DNA of 64,000 nt from Bdellovibrionota bacterium. GTDB taxonomy: Bacteria > Bdellovibrionota > Bdellovibrionia > Bdellovibrionales > UBA840. Shown here piece by piece: positions 56,759 through 64,000 of this stretch. Both the position numbers and the translations under genes were made by a program. The notes below the pieces were generated by a model, which saw nothing but the letters and a program-made list of their open reading frames with translations, had not been told where the DNA came from and did no database searches. Numbering within the stretch: position 1 is the first letter of the stretch; every line of letters starts with the position of its first letter. The DNA lies in assembly GCA_036140815.1 (NCBI GenBank), contig JAYZXX010000071.1, forward strand, positions 9,561-73,560, read 5' to 3'.

Positions 56759-56774
56759 AGCAAAGCCGGTGCCA
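56759..56774 (-). promoter_or_regulatory. Near-consensus sigma-54 promoter for the TPR/GT9 operon
   Basis: The minus strand reads TGGCAC-CGGCT-TTGCT (consensus TGGCAC-N5-TTGCW). The -12 element lies about 37 nt upstream of the ATG at 56722. Confidence 0.7.
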
Positions 56775-56803
56775 ATTTCAGGTCAAAAGCATGCTAGTTT
56801 AAT

Positions 56804-56848
56804 AAAAAAAACGACGAAAGATTGACCATGGTCATTTCGATCGCCGTC
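56804..56848 (-). terminator. Rho-independent terminator of the fliD-fliS-X operon
   Basis: Long imperfect hairpin (acgacga..cgaaag-ttgacc-at-ggtca-tttcg..tcgccgt). It is preceded on + by 8 A, which gives a U8 tail on the minus transcript. Confidence 0.75.
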
Positions 56849-56884
56849 ATTAGATTGATAGGACAAAAGTCCTGTGAGGGAAGA

Positions 56885-57304
56885 TTAAGCCTCTTGTTCG
56901 AAAGTACGCTTCACCGCACCACTATGGTATTTTCCAACCGCCTTTTTACTTAAACTTGTATCCATATATTCTTTCATAACTCGGTTCTTTTCTTTTTCAA
57001 TTAGTGAAAGTAACTGTAGATCTTGATCTAGAATTTTCTCAATAATACTGTCTTTCGAGCTTAAGAGTTCTGCGATATCGTCTTCTTGCGCTTCCACTTC
57101 TTTCACCGTCAATGTCATCAAAGATTCATCAATCTTTTTATCTAGTTCAGCAACTACTTCTAGAATTGCTTGGCGTGTTTCGTAGAAGGCATCTAGGGAT
57201 TCATAATTATTTTGCGCAAATAGGACCATCTCTCTTTCATTGAGATTGTAGTATTTTACCAAGTACTTGTTTCTTTCATTCATTAAATTTGTCATGCGAT
57301 TCAT
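56885..57304 (-). CDS. Hypothetical helical protein downstream of fliS (FliT/FlgN-like position)
   Basis: 139 aa, predicted all-helical and acidic. The functional call rests on synteny only. Confidence 0.4.
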   Translation of the reverse strand: MNRMTNLMNERNKYLVKYYNLNEREMVLFAQNNYESLDAFYETRQAILEVVAELDKKIDESLMTLTVKEVEAQEDDIAELLSSKDSIIEKILDQDLQLLSLIEKEKNRVMKEYMDTSLSKKAVGKYHSGAVKRTFEQEA

Positions 57305-57320
57305 TTTATTTCCCCCTTAA

Positions 57321-57749
57321 TTAGCCCGCTGATTTCGAGCCGTCCCCTGATTTATTTTGTTGCTTTTCTTTCTTAAGACCTTCTACTGCTTCTACCCAAC
57401 CTTCATAAAGGGTGTTTAGAATTTTCAAGGCGTTATCTAGATACTGTTTGTCTCCAGAGATATTTGCCTGAGTGTATTGATCCGTTATAAACATATAGAG
57501 TTGTTCGAGTTGTGAGGCGATTTCCCCACCCACTTTATGATCCAAAGTATTCATAAGCTCTAAGACAATGTCATATGCTCTACCAATGTTGGTACCACGC
57601 TCGGCTACATCCCCAGCCTCGATGGCCATAATTCCTCGCTTGGTAAACTTGATTGCCCCCTCGTAAAGCATAAGTAGGATTTTCTCTCTGCTTGCACTTT
57701 GTACTGAAGTCGCTTTGTACTTTTGTGATCCCATTTTGTTATAACTCAT
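57321..57749 (-). CDS. fliS: Flagellin-specific export chaperone FliS
   Basis: YKATSVQSASREKILLMLYEGAIKFTKRG...IGRAYDIVLELMNTLD...IASQLEQLYMFI is typical FliS. Confidence 0.9.
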   Translation of the reverse strand: MSYNKMGSQKYKATSVQSASREKILLMLYEGAIKFTKRGIMAIEAGDVAERGTNIGRAYDIVLELMNTLDHKVGGEIASQLEQLYMFITDQYTQANISGDKQYLDNALKILNTLYEGWVEAVEGLKKEKQQNKSGDGSKSAG

Positions 57750-57772
57750 AACTACTCCTTAACCCCTTACTC

Positions 57773-59131
57773 TTATCCAGCGCCGCCCGCTACTGATCCA
57801 GCGAGAAACTGTCCTTGCGCTTGTATGCCAGCCATCTTTTCCTCTAAAGCGGCAAATTTTCTTCTTAAATTTTGTTCTTTTTGAGTGATTCGTCTTTCCA
57901 AGCTTTCCAAACGATTGTCCATTTGTTCAATCTGTTGCTGAAGTCCTCTTCTACGGTTATTCAAAGGGCCAAAGCTATTGTCATTTAATGTACGAATCAT
58001 ATTTCTTAATTTGGGGATAAATCCTGTGTTAAAGCCATCCCCCGCCAAAAACATTTGAACCTGTTCTGGATTTTGTTTTAACTTGGTATTAAACTTTTCT
58101 TCGTTGTAATCCAAAGTACCGCCACGGGTGAAGGTAATGCCGATTTCGTTCAAAGTTCGAATATTACTTCCTGTTCCGATTACTTGAGATTGAAGCAATT
58201 GACGAACTCTTGACTCGATGGTTCTTAAAACCACATCTCCACCAAGTGTTGCGCTAGTATCTGACTCTTGTGTTAAGGAGTTTTGCTGTTGGATAAAACC
58301 TAAAACAGAATTAATGGAATCTACAAAGGATTTCACCTTTCCACTCACTACTTCCATGTCTTCTTTCACATTTAAACTAATGGTTTTTCCTGGCGAAGCT
58401 TGTTTTAGCTCGAGAGTCACACCTGGAATCAAATCATCCAAAACATTGTCTTGAACATCAATTTCAAAACCATCTAGTTTGATCTTTCCGTTTTTGGCTT
58501 CACGAGATTGCTCAAAAAATACATCTTGGTCACCATCTAAAAAATACAAAGTTGGGTAATCTACTTGGTTTTCTTTACCAACATCTTTCGCCGTTAGCAT
58601 TAAACGATAAGGAGCATCTGGGTCCGTTTGGTCATTAATGATAGTAGCTTGTAAGCCAACTCCAGCACGATTGATGGCATTTGCTGCCCCTTCTAAAGTG
58701 CTATTCTCCCCACTAATATATACTTCCTTTTCTCCATCAGCCGTTTGAAAAGAAAAATACCCAACACCAATTTGAGTTTCATTTTTGTCGGGAAAGCCGT
58801 TTGTAATGGCCGCCGCCTTTTGTGCAAGTTGCATTACTTCAATGGCCCAGTTTCCTGTTCGCACCGAGTTTGGATCAACAGTACCACCAATGATACTTGG
58901 GTCAGCTGATTCTAGCTTTATATCTGTGAAACCTCTCGCACTGGCTAAACCGCCAATAGAGTTTTGAATGTCAGAAACTTTAGTGGCAAGGTCATCCACA
59001 AGCTTGAGTTTATTCTCAACCTTGCTCTTTTTACCTTTTATTGTTTGTAATGGGATTTTTTCAGCATCTATGAGCTGTTCCACGATATTCGGTGGTAATC
59101 CCGAGGCCATGCCTCCAAACGATATTGCCAA
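57773..59131 (-). CDS. fliD: Flagellar filament cap protein FliD
   Basis: N-terminus ISFGGMASGLPPNIVEQLIDAEKIPLQ and a C-terminal coiled coil. TTG start with an AGGAGG RBS 5 nt upstream. Confidence 0.9.
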   Translation of the reverse strand: MAISFGGMASGLPPNIVEQLIDAEKIPLQTIKGKKSKVENKLKLVDDLATKVSDIQNSIGGLASARGFTDIKLESADPSIIGGTVDPNSVRTGNWAIEVMQLAQKAAAITNGFPDKNETQIGVGYFSFQTADGEKEVYISGENSTLEGAANAINRAGVGLQATIINDQTDPDAPYRLMLTAKDVGKENQVDYPTLYFLDGDQDVFFEQSREAKNGKIKLDGFEIDVQDNVLDDLIPGVTLELKQASPGKTISLNVKEDMEVVSGKVKSFVDSINSVLGFIQQQNSLTQESDTSATLGGDVVLRTIESRVRQLLQSQVIGTGSNIRTLNEIGITFTRGGTLDYNEEKFNTKLKQNPEQVQMFLAGDGFNTGFIPKLRNMIRTLNDNSFGPLNNRRRGLQQQIEQMDNRLESLERRITQKEQNLRRKFAALEEKMAGIQAQGQFLAGSVAGGAG

Positions 59132-59487
59132 TTCGTCCTCCTGACGACTTCAATCCCTTCCTGGGAGCTTCTTTCATTATCTCAAAGAATCGCAGAAACA
59201 GTGAGTCAATAATCTGATGCTTTCCCGGAAATGTGCTTTGGTTTATAACTGGAAAATTTTTCCGGCAGTCTTTTGCTTTGAAAGCCAAGCTTTTACTGGC
59301 TGAAAGCCGAGTCATTTAGTCGATTCTTCCTAGACACGTATTTTTTCCCCGATATGCCTCATAATCAGGAATTAGACCTAAGTTTTAGCCGCATCGCGAA
59401 GTCTTTTTGGTACAAGATTCTCTGATGAAAGTTTATAAAGAAGCTTCTATTTTAAAGCATATCTGAATTGGATGAAAAGGTTGTGGA

Positions 59488-61206
59488 ATGAGAGAAATCA
59501 TCAAATACTTAGGACCTCTACTTAGGCATTACCGTTATCAAATGATTGGACTATTGATTTTAGGATCAATGATCTCAGGACTAAGAGGTCTTACTCCTGA
59601 GCTTTCAAGACGATTGATCGACTTATGGCGTGAAGGAGACGGCTCCGGCAATATAAGTTTTCCAATTGGTATTGCAGCTATCTGGTTTATTTCTAGTATC
59701 TTTCGATATATTCACTCCTACAAAATTAGAGTAATTTCAGAAAAAATCATGGGCTTTCTTCGCATGAACCTAATGCGAAAGTATTTGGATTTCGATTTAA
59801 AATTTATGCATTCTTTAGACACAGGTTCTGGTGGTTTGATCTCTAGAATCTCTAATGAAATCCTGCACGTCCAATTTGGAATTCAAAAAATGACCGATAT
59901 GATGAAGGAGCCTTTTGCCGCTTTATTTATGTTTGGTTATTTATTAATGATCGATTGGAAGTTAACGATTTTTATTGTAGCTACCCTACCCATCGTTGGA
60001 GTCCTGTTAAAGAATATTGCCAAGTCCATTCGAAAGTACATTACCAAGAACTTTACTGACATGGAGAACATTTCAAAAACTTTGAAAGAGTCTTTAGATG
60101 GCTCCCGTATTGTTAAATCCTACAATCTTCAAGGAGTTCTCGAAAAGCGTTTCAATAGTGAAGTTCAACAATACATTGATAATCGCAAGGTAGTGGTGAG
60201 TCGCGAAGAAGCTACAGGTCCAATTATTGAAAGCATTGGTGCTTTAGGATTTTCGGCTCTTCTGGTTTATATTGGTAACCAAATTATCGCCGGTCAATTG
60301 ACGGTGGCTGACTTTATGGGATTTTCTTTTGCCGTTGCAATTCTACAAGATGCAGTAAAGAGAATTCAGCAAGCTTATGTTGCGATCCAACAAGCCGTTG
60401 TTAGTTTACAAAGATACCACGAAATGTTGGGTGAAGAAAATCATGTAAAAGACACAGATAGCCCCATTCCATTTCCTAACAACTGGAAAAGCATTGAATT
60501 TAAAAATGTAACCTTCAGCTACATTGAAGGTAAACCAGTTTTAAAGAATTTTAATCTTTCGGTAAAACGCGGTGAAAGTATTGCGCTAGTTGGAAGCAGT
60601 GGAAGCGGTAAATCCACCACCGTTAATTTACTTCAGAGGTTTTATGATCCTGATAGTGGCCAAATTTTAGTGGATGGTATTGATATTAAGAGATTTTCGT
60701 TAGAAGACTTAAGAAAAAATATCGCAATGGTTAGCCAAGATGTATTCTTATTTAATGATAGTGTTGAATTTAACATTCGAGCTGGAAACCTAGAAGATGA
60801 GAGCTCGAGCGTTGAAGAGGCTGCAACTTTAGCAAATGCCCATAATTTTATTTCGGCAAAAGAAAATGCCTACAACACTCGAGTGGGAGAAGCTGGTTCA
60901 CAATTTTCTGGTGGAGAAAAACAGCGAATCAGTATTGCTAGAGCTATTTTTAAAAATGCACCTATCTTAGTTTTAGATGAAGCTACAAGTGCATTGGATT
61001 CTGAAAGTGAGCGTGAAGTTCAAAAGGGAATTAGCCAACTGATGAAAGGTAAAACTTCTTTCGTCATCGCTCACCGTTTATCAACTGTGCAAGATGCCGA
61101 CCGTATCATTGTAATGAAGTTTGGAGAAATCATCGAGGCTGGGAACCACGATGAGTTAATGCAAAAACAGGGGGAATACCATCAACTCAGAGAGCTACAA
61201 CACTAA
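59488..61206 (+). CDS. MsbA-like fused ABC exporter (six-TM domain plus ATPase)
   Basis: Walker A GSSGSGKST, signature FSGGEKQRISIARA and Walker B LVLDEATSALD. N-terminal type-I exporter TMD. Confidence 0.85.
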   Translation: MREIIKYLGPLLRHYRYQMIGLLILGSMISGLRGLTPELSRRLIDLWREGDGSGNISFPIGIAAIWFISSIFRYIHSYKIRVISEKIMGFLRMNLMRKYLDFDLKFMHSLDTGSGGLISRISNEILHVQFGIQKMTDMMKEPFAALFMFGYLLMIDWKLTIFIVATLPIVGVLLKNIAKSIRKYITKNFTDMENISKTLKESLDGSRIVKSYNLQGVLEKRFNSEVQQYIDNRKVVVSREEATGPIIESIGALGFSALLVYIGNQIIAGQLTVADFMGFSFAVAILQDAVKRIQQAYVAIQQAVVSLQRYHEMLGEENHVKDTDSPIPFPNNWKSIEFKNVTFSYIEGKPVLKNFNLSVKRGESIALVGSSGSGKSTTVNLLQRFYDPDSGQILVDGIDIKRFSLEDLRKNIAMVSQDVFLFNDSVEFNIRAGNLEDESSSVEEAATLANAHNFISAKENAYNTRVGEAGSQFSGGEKQRISIARAIFKNAPILVLDEATSALDSESEREVQKGISQLMKGKTSFVIAHRLSTVQDADRIIVMKFGEIIEAGNHDELMQKQGEYHQLRELQH

Positions 61207-61210
61207 ACTA

Positions 61211-61783
61211 TTGTATCTTCACGGTTTTAACTCCTCTCCCTTTTCTCCAAAAGGAGAGGCGGTTAGAAAATGTGTCGCGGATAAATATCCAAAGATAGAG
61301 TTAGTTGCTCCAGAACTCCCCCCTTATCCAATGGCCGCACTTGAATTGATAAAAGAAAAAATTCAGGACATTGCCAAAACTCAAAGACCTCTGATCATTG
61401 CCTCTAGTATGGGAGGTTTTTTCACGAACTTTATTGCCCATGACATACCTGTATCTGCCTGTTTTGTAAATCCTGGTGTAGATCCTTTTAATCGAGTGAA
61501 AGAATATATAGGCACTGACATCACCAATCCTTATTCTAAAAAAATATATCGTCTCAATGAAAAACACATCGAAGAGTTAAAGTCCTTATATAAAAATAGT
61601 GTAGCGCCAAACTCTGACTTCTATCTTTTCTTAAAAACCGGAGACGAAGTCTTAGACTATCAACACGCAGCTAATTTATACAAAGATCATAAACTTCATA
61701 TAGATCAAGGTGGTGATCATAGCTTTCACGATTTTGATGATTATGTAGAAGAAATGATTGAATGGTTAATCGCTAGAAAGTAG
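61211..61783 (+). CDS. YqiA/YcfP-family esterase (UPF0227 alpha/beta hydrolase)
   Basis: N-terminus YLHGFNSSP, nucleophile SSMGG and a C-terminal GGDHSF. TTG start 4 nt after the ABC gene stop. Confidence 0.65.
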   Translation: MYLHGFNSSPFSPKGEAVRKCVADKYPKIELVAPELPPYPMAALELIKEKIQDIAKTQRPLIIASSMGGFFTNFIAHDIPVSACFVNPGVDPFNRVKEYIGTDITNPYSKKIYRLNEKHIEELKSLYKNSVAPNSDFYLFLKTGDEVLDYQHAANLYKDHKLHIDQGGDHSFHDFDDYVEEMIEWLIARK

Positions 61784-61802
61784 CTCTGTATTCGATATTA
61801 AA

Positions 61803-62186
61803 TTAAATGGCCTTATTCAATATACCACCACGTTTATCGTCGGTATCGGCATTGGCTGCCCTAGATGACTCTATTGCCTGAATTGCAGTGAGTCTTCTTA
61901 CAACTTTTCCTTTGTAGTCTTTCACTAGGAAAATTAAAGCCTCGTTTTGTTTTTCCATAATCACACTCAGATTATTCTTTTTTATTCCTGGGTGATTCTT
62001 TAAGTACTCAAGTGCCTTTTGCAAATCTTCTTCGGTAAAATTTTGCTGTTCTTCATGACCACCGTGATTTCCTTGTTGAGGATCACGATCCGCAGAAGTA
62101 TCCATCGCTTTGGTTTCTTTTTTCACCGAAGACACTTTATCAAGCAAAGGATTTGAAATGTTACTTATACTTTTTAAGTTCATCAT
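61803..62186 (-). CDS. flaG: FlaG-family flagellar protein
   Basis: 127 aa directly downstream of flagellin. C-terminal half resembles FlaG (LSVIMEKQNEALIFLVKDYKGKVVRRL). Confidence 0.6.
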   Translation of the reverse strand: MMNLKSISNISNPLLDKVSSVKKETKAMDTSADRDPQQGNHGGHEEQQNFTEEDLQKALEYLKNHPGIKKNNLSVIMEKQNEALIFLVKDYKGKVVRRLTAIQAIESSRAANADTDDKRGGILNKAI

Positions 62187-62273
62187 AGTTTTAATCGGTA
62201 ATCTTAGTCAGTTTATTTACTCGACCTAAAACTAGAAAAATTCGACTTACTGTCGATGGTTTCCCCTAATATA

Positions 62274-62299
62274 CCCAGGGAGTTTTATGGCTCCCTGGG
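62274..62299 (-). terminator. Hairpin between flagellin and flaG (partial terminator or processing site)
   Basis: 9-bp GC-rich stem cccagggag/ctccctggg with an 8-nt loop. No clear U-tract. Confidence 0.4.
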
Positions 62300-62357
62300 T
62301 TGGGACGGGACAAGCGAATCATGTCACTTAAAACCGTTAATTCCGAATCTAATTTTA

Positions 62358-63194
62358 TTAACCGATCAAACGTAATGCTGATTGTGGTTGTGCATTTGCT
62401 TGAGCCAAGATACCAGTTGAAGCATTCAATAGTACCTGGTTTTGTGTTAACTCAGCAGTTGCCTGTGCGATATCTGTATCACGGATACGAGAGTTTGCAG
62501 CCGATACGTTCTCAATGGCAGTACCTAAGTTATTTTGCGTTGAGATCAATCGGTTTTGAACCGCACCTAGTGTTGCTCGGTGACCATTCACAGTAAACTG
62601 TGCATCGTCAATTATCGTTAGGGCTTCTCGAGCTCCTTCTTTTGTCGAATAATCTAATCCTTCCATACTTAGTTCACTTAATCTTACCGATTGTGCTCCA
62701 GAGTCAAAAGTAATTCTATCTTGGAAGTCATCATTGTTAATATCAATCTGGAAACTAAACTCACCACCAGAACCATCTAGAAGGTTGGTTGTTCCATATT
62801 TCGTTGTTTGTGCAATACGATCCATCTCAAGCTTTAATTGTTGAACCTCTTTATCAAGAAATTGTCTCTCCCTGTCACCTACTGTGTCAGAAGCCGCCTG
62901 TACACCTAGCTCTCTCAATCGTACTAATATATTGGAAACCTCATTTAAACCACCCTCAGCAACTTGAACCATGGACTGACCATCCATTGCGTTTCTTTGT
63001 GCTACTGAATAACCTTTTACTTGGGCTTTTAAACTTTCACTCAATGCTAAACCAGCTGCATCGTCGGCTGCCTTAGTGATACGATCACCAGAAGATAGTT
63101 GCGCAAAGGTTTTATCAATTTTTCTTTGCGAAGCCGCTAATGAATTCTGTGCATTTAAACTTGCTACGTTGGTTGATACTCTTAATCCACTCAT
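62358..63194 (-). CDS. fliC: Flagellin (short, 278 aa)
   Basis: N-terminus MSGLRVSTNVASLNAQNSL...RITKAADDAAGLA and C-terminus ...ELTQNQVLLNASTGILAQANAQPQSALRLIG. Confidence 0.95.
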   Translation of the reverse strand: MSGLRVSTNVASLNAQNSLAASQRKIDKTFAQLSSGDRITKAADDAAGLALSESLKAQVKGYSVAQRNAMDGQSMVQVAEGGLNEVSNILVRLRELGVQAASDTVGDRERQFLDKEVQQLKLEMDRIAQTTKYGTTNLLDGSGGEFSFQIDINNDDFQDRITFDSGAQSVRLSELSMEGLDYSTKEGAREALTIIDDAQFTVNGHRATLGAVQNRLISTQNNLGTAIENVSAANSRIRDTDIAQATAELTQNQVLLNASTGILAQANAQPQSALRLIG

Positions 63195-63394
63195 AATAGT
63201 CCCCTATTGTTCTTTACGGCGCGGCCCTATGCCTTACAGTTAAAGATGTCCCATTATCTAGAAACTGCTTTACGCCTAAATTAATAAAAAAAATAAACAC
63301 GTCGTGAGCTCTCAGTTGTTTGGTCTTTCCTAAAGTAAGGGAGTCACTCCAAACTTAAGTTTGCGAAAGATTCCGCAACCAAAACTCACTAAAC

Positions 63395-63421
63395 CTTTCG
63401 GCCAGGTCCGGGGATACCTTA
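63395..63421 (-). promoter_or_regulatory. Candidate sigma-28 promoter for flagellin
   Basis: The minus strand reads TAAG-N15-GCCGAAAG, against the consensus TAAA-N15-GCCGATAA (9 of 12 positions). It would give a ~200-nt leader. Confidence 0.35.
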
Positions 63422-63426
63422 GTCGA

Positions 63427-63511
63427 GTCGAGTGAAACTAGACTATCGCCTAGCCAAAGCTAGACCTTTGTATTGAAAACCATAACAAAGTCGAGTGAAA
63501 AGCAGGACTAT
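63427..63511. repeat. Two direct repeats gtcgagtgaaa-N4/6-gactat upstream of the candidate flagellin promoter
   Basis: Copies at 63427-63446 and 63490-63511, spaced 63 bp apart. They lie in the divergent flagellin/PilZ intergenic region. Confidence 0.6.
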
Positions 63512-63641
63512 GGTCTGCACTAGTAGAAGGTCTGCCCAGACCTAGGTTGCCAGCCTTTTGTCTTTTTTAAATTGCATCTGTTTTATTAGAGAAACAAATA
63601 AAGATAGATCTTCCTTTTATTTCTTTTTAATATATTGAAGC

Positions 63642-64000
63642 ATGAAAGAAGATGATAAAGGCCAAAATATTTTCACTAGAATTAATACCAAAAAGCTGAG
63701 AGAAAGAGCTTTTGAATTACTCACGTCAAAATTTTGTGTGGCCACGATTCGAGTAAAGAACGGTGATAGTTTTAAGGTAAAAGTTGTATCTAGAACTGGA
63801 AAGCAGATTTCAGCAGAAACTACTGAAGGCCTGTTTGACCAACAAGGCTTTGTAAACGTTATTTTTAGCTTCGACATTGGTCCTGAAAAATACTTCATGC
63901 AAACCTCTGCTAATATCACAAGTGATAGATACATCGATGTTTCTATATTATCGGACCTTTTTAAACTGCAGAGACGGCAAAATTTCAGAGTTGATTTAAC
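63642..64000 (+). CDS. PilZ-domain (YcgR-like) protein, 5' part only, running off the window
   Basis: My own translation from ATG 63642 is open to the window end (119 codons). It reaches the PilZ c-di-GMP motif LQRRQNFRV (RxxxR). It is absent from the ORF track because no stop lies within the window. Confidence 0.65.
   Translation, partial: MKEDDKGQNIFTRINTKKLRERAFELLTSKFCVATIRVKNGDSFKVKVVSRTGKQISAETTEGLFDQQGFVNVIFSFDIGPEKYFMQTSANITSDRYIDVSILSDLFKLQRRQNFRVDL

Noticed and set aside
59061-59315. 84-aa minus-strand ORF overlapping the fliD start
   Set aside because: It overlaps the RBS-supported TTG start of fliD in another frame. No motif, no RBS.
62192-62219. Sigma-28-like TAAA-N16-ACCGATTA upstream of flaG
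   Set aside because: The -10 ends 5 nt before the ATG, so the mRNA would be leaderless. flaG is more simply read through from flagellin.
63213-63245. Proximal sigma-28-like -10 (GCCGTAAA on the minus strand), 23 nt before the flagellin ATG
   Set aside because: There is no TAAA-like -35 at 14-16 nt spacing. The resulting leader would be too short to include the SD comfortably.
63617-63934. 105-aa minus-strand ORF from the track
   Set aside because: It is antisense to a better-supported PilZ-domain ORF (RxxxR motif). It has no RBS and an odd composition.

Overview
AT-rich bacterial chromosome segment. Gene content suggests a flagellated, sigma-54-using, Bdellovibrio/Bacteriovorax-like proteobacterium, but that lineage call is inference only and no search was run.

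**Layout**
- 1-11.7 kb: a 12-gene minus-strand flagellar export/switch block (fliL-fliM-fliN-fliO*-fliP-fliQ-fliR-flhB-flhA-flhF-flhG-fliA). It has a good sigma-54 promoter and an intrinsic terminator.
- 12-50 kb: mixed housekeeping and envelope genes.
  - Housekeeping: uvrD/pcrA, a kamA-like radical-SAM enzyme, class-A PBP, cdd, ldhA-like, rplM-rpsI, aminotransferase, coaD, rsmD.
  - Regulation: a CHASE2 kinase paired with an NtrC-type sigma-54 activator.
  - Many signal-peptide or outer-membrane proteins of unknown function.
- 56.9-64 kb: a flagellar filament cluster (fliD-fliS-X, flaG, flagellin, and a PilZ gene running off the window end).

**Most interesting items**
1. A tightly overlapping six-gene operon at 51.5-56.8 kb, bounded by a near-consensus sigma-54 promoter and an intrinsic terminator. 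It encodes a TPR protein, a Maf-N-terminal-like protein and two unusually long GT9 (heptosyltransferase-fold) proteins, directly beside fliD-fliS. It is a candidate undescribed flagellar glycosylation or sheath module.
2. A protein fusing about 210 aa of histone-H1-like K/A repeats to a GroES fold, with no groEL nearby.
3. A 1-kb ORF-free island (19.4-20.4 kb) containing:
   - a 175-bp tandem duplication whose units each end in a perfect 31-nt palindrome, which recurs elsewhere in the window;
   - a 29-bp inverted repeat around a GC-rich structured core;
   - a G-depleted A/C-rich tract.
4. Three copies of a ~154-bp MITE-like element.

No rRNA, tRNA, CRISPR array or transposase was recognised. 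All functional calls rest on motifs read by eye. No database search was possible.
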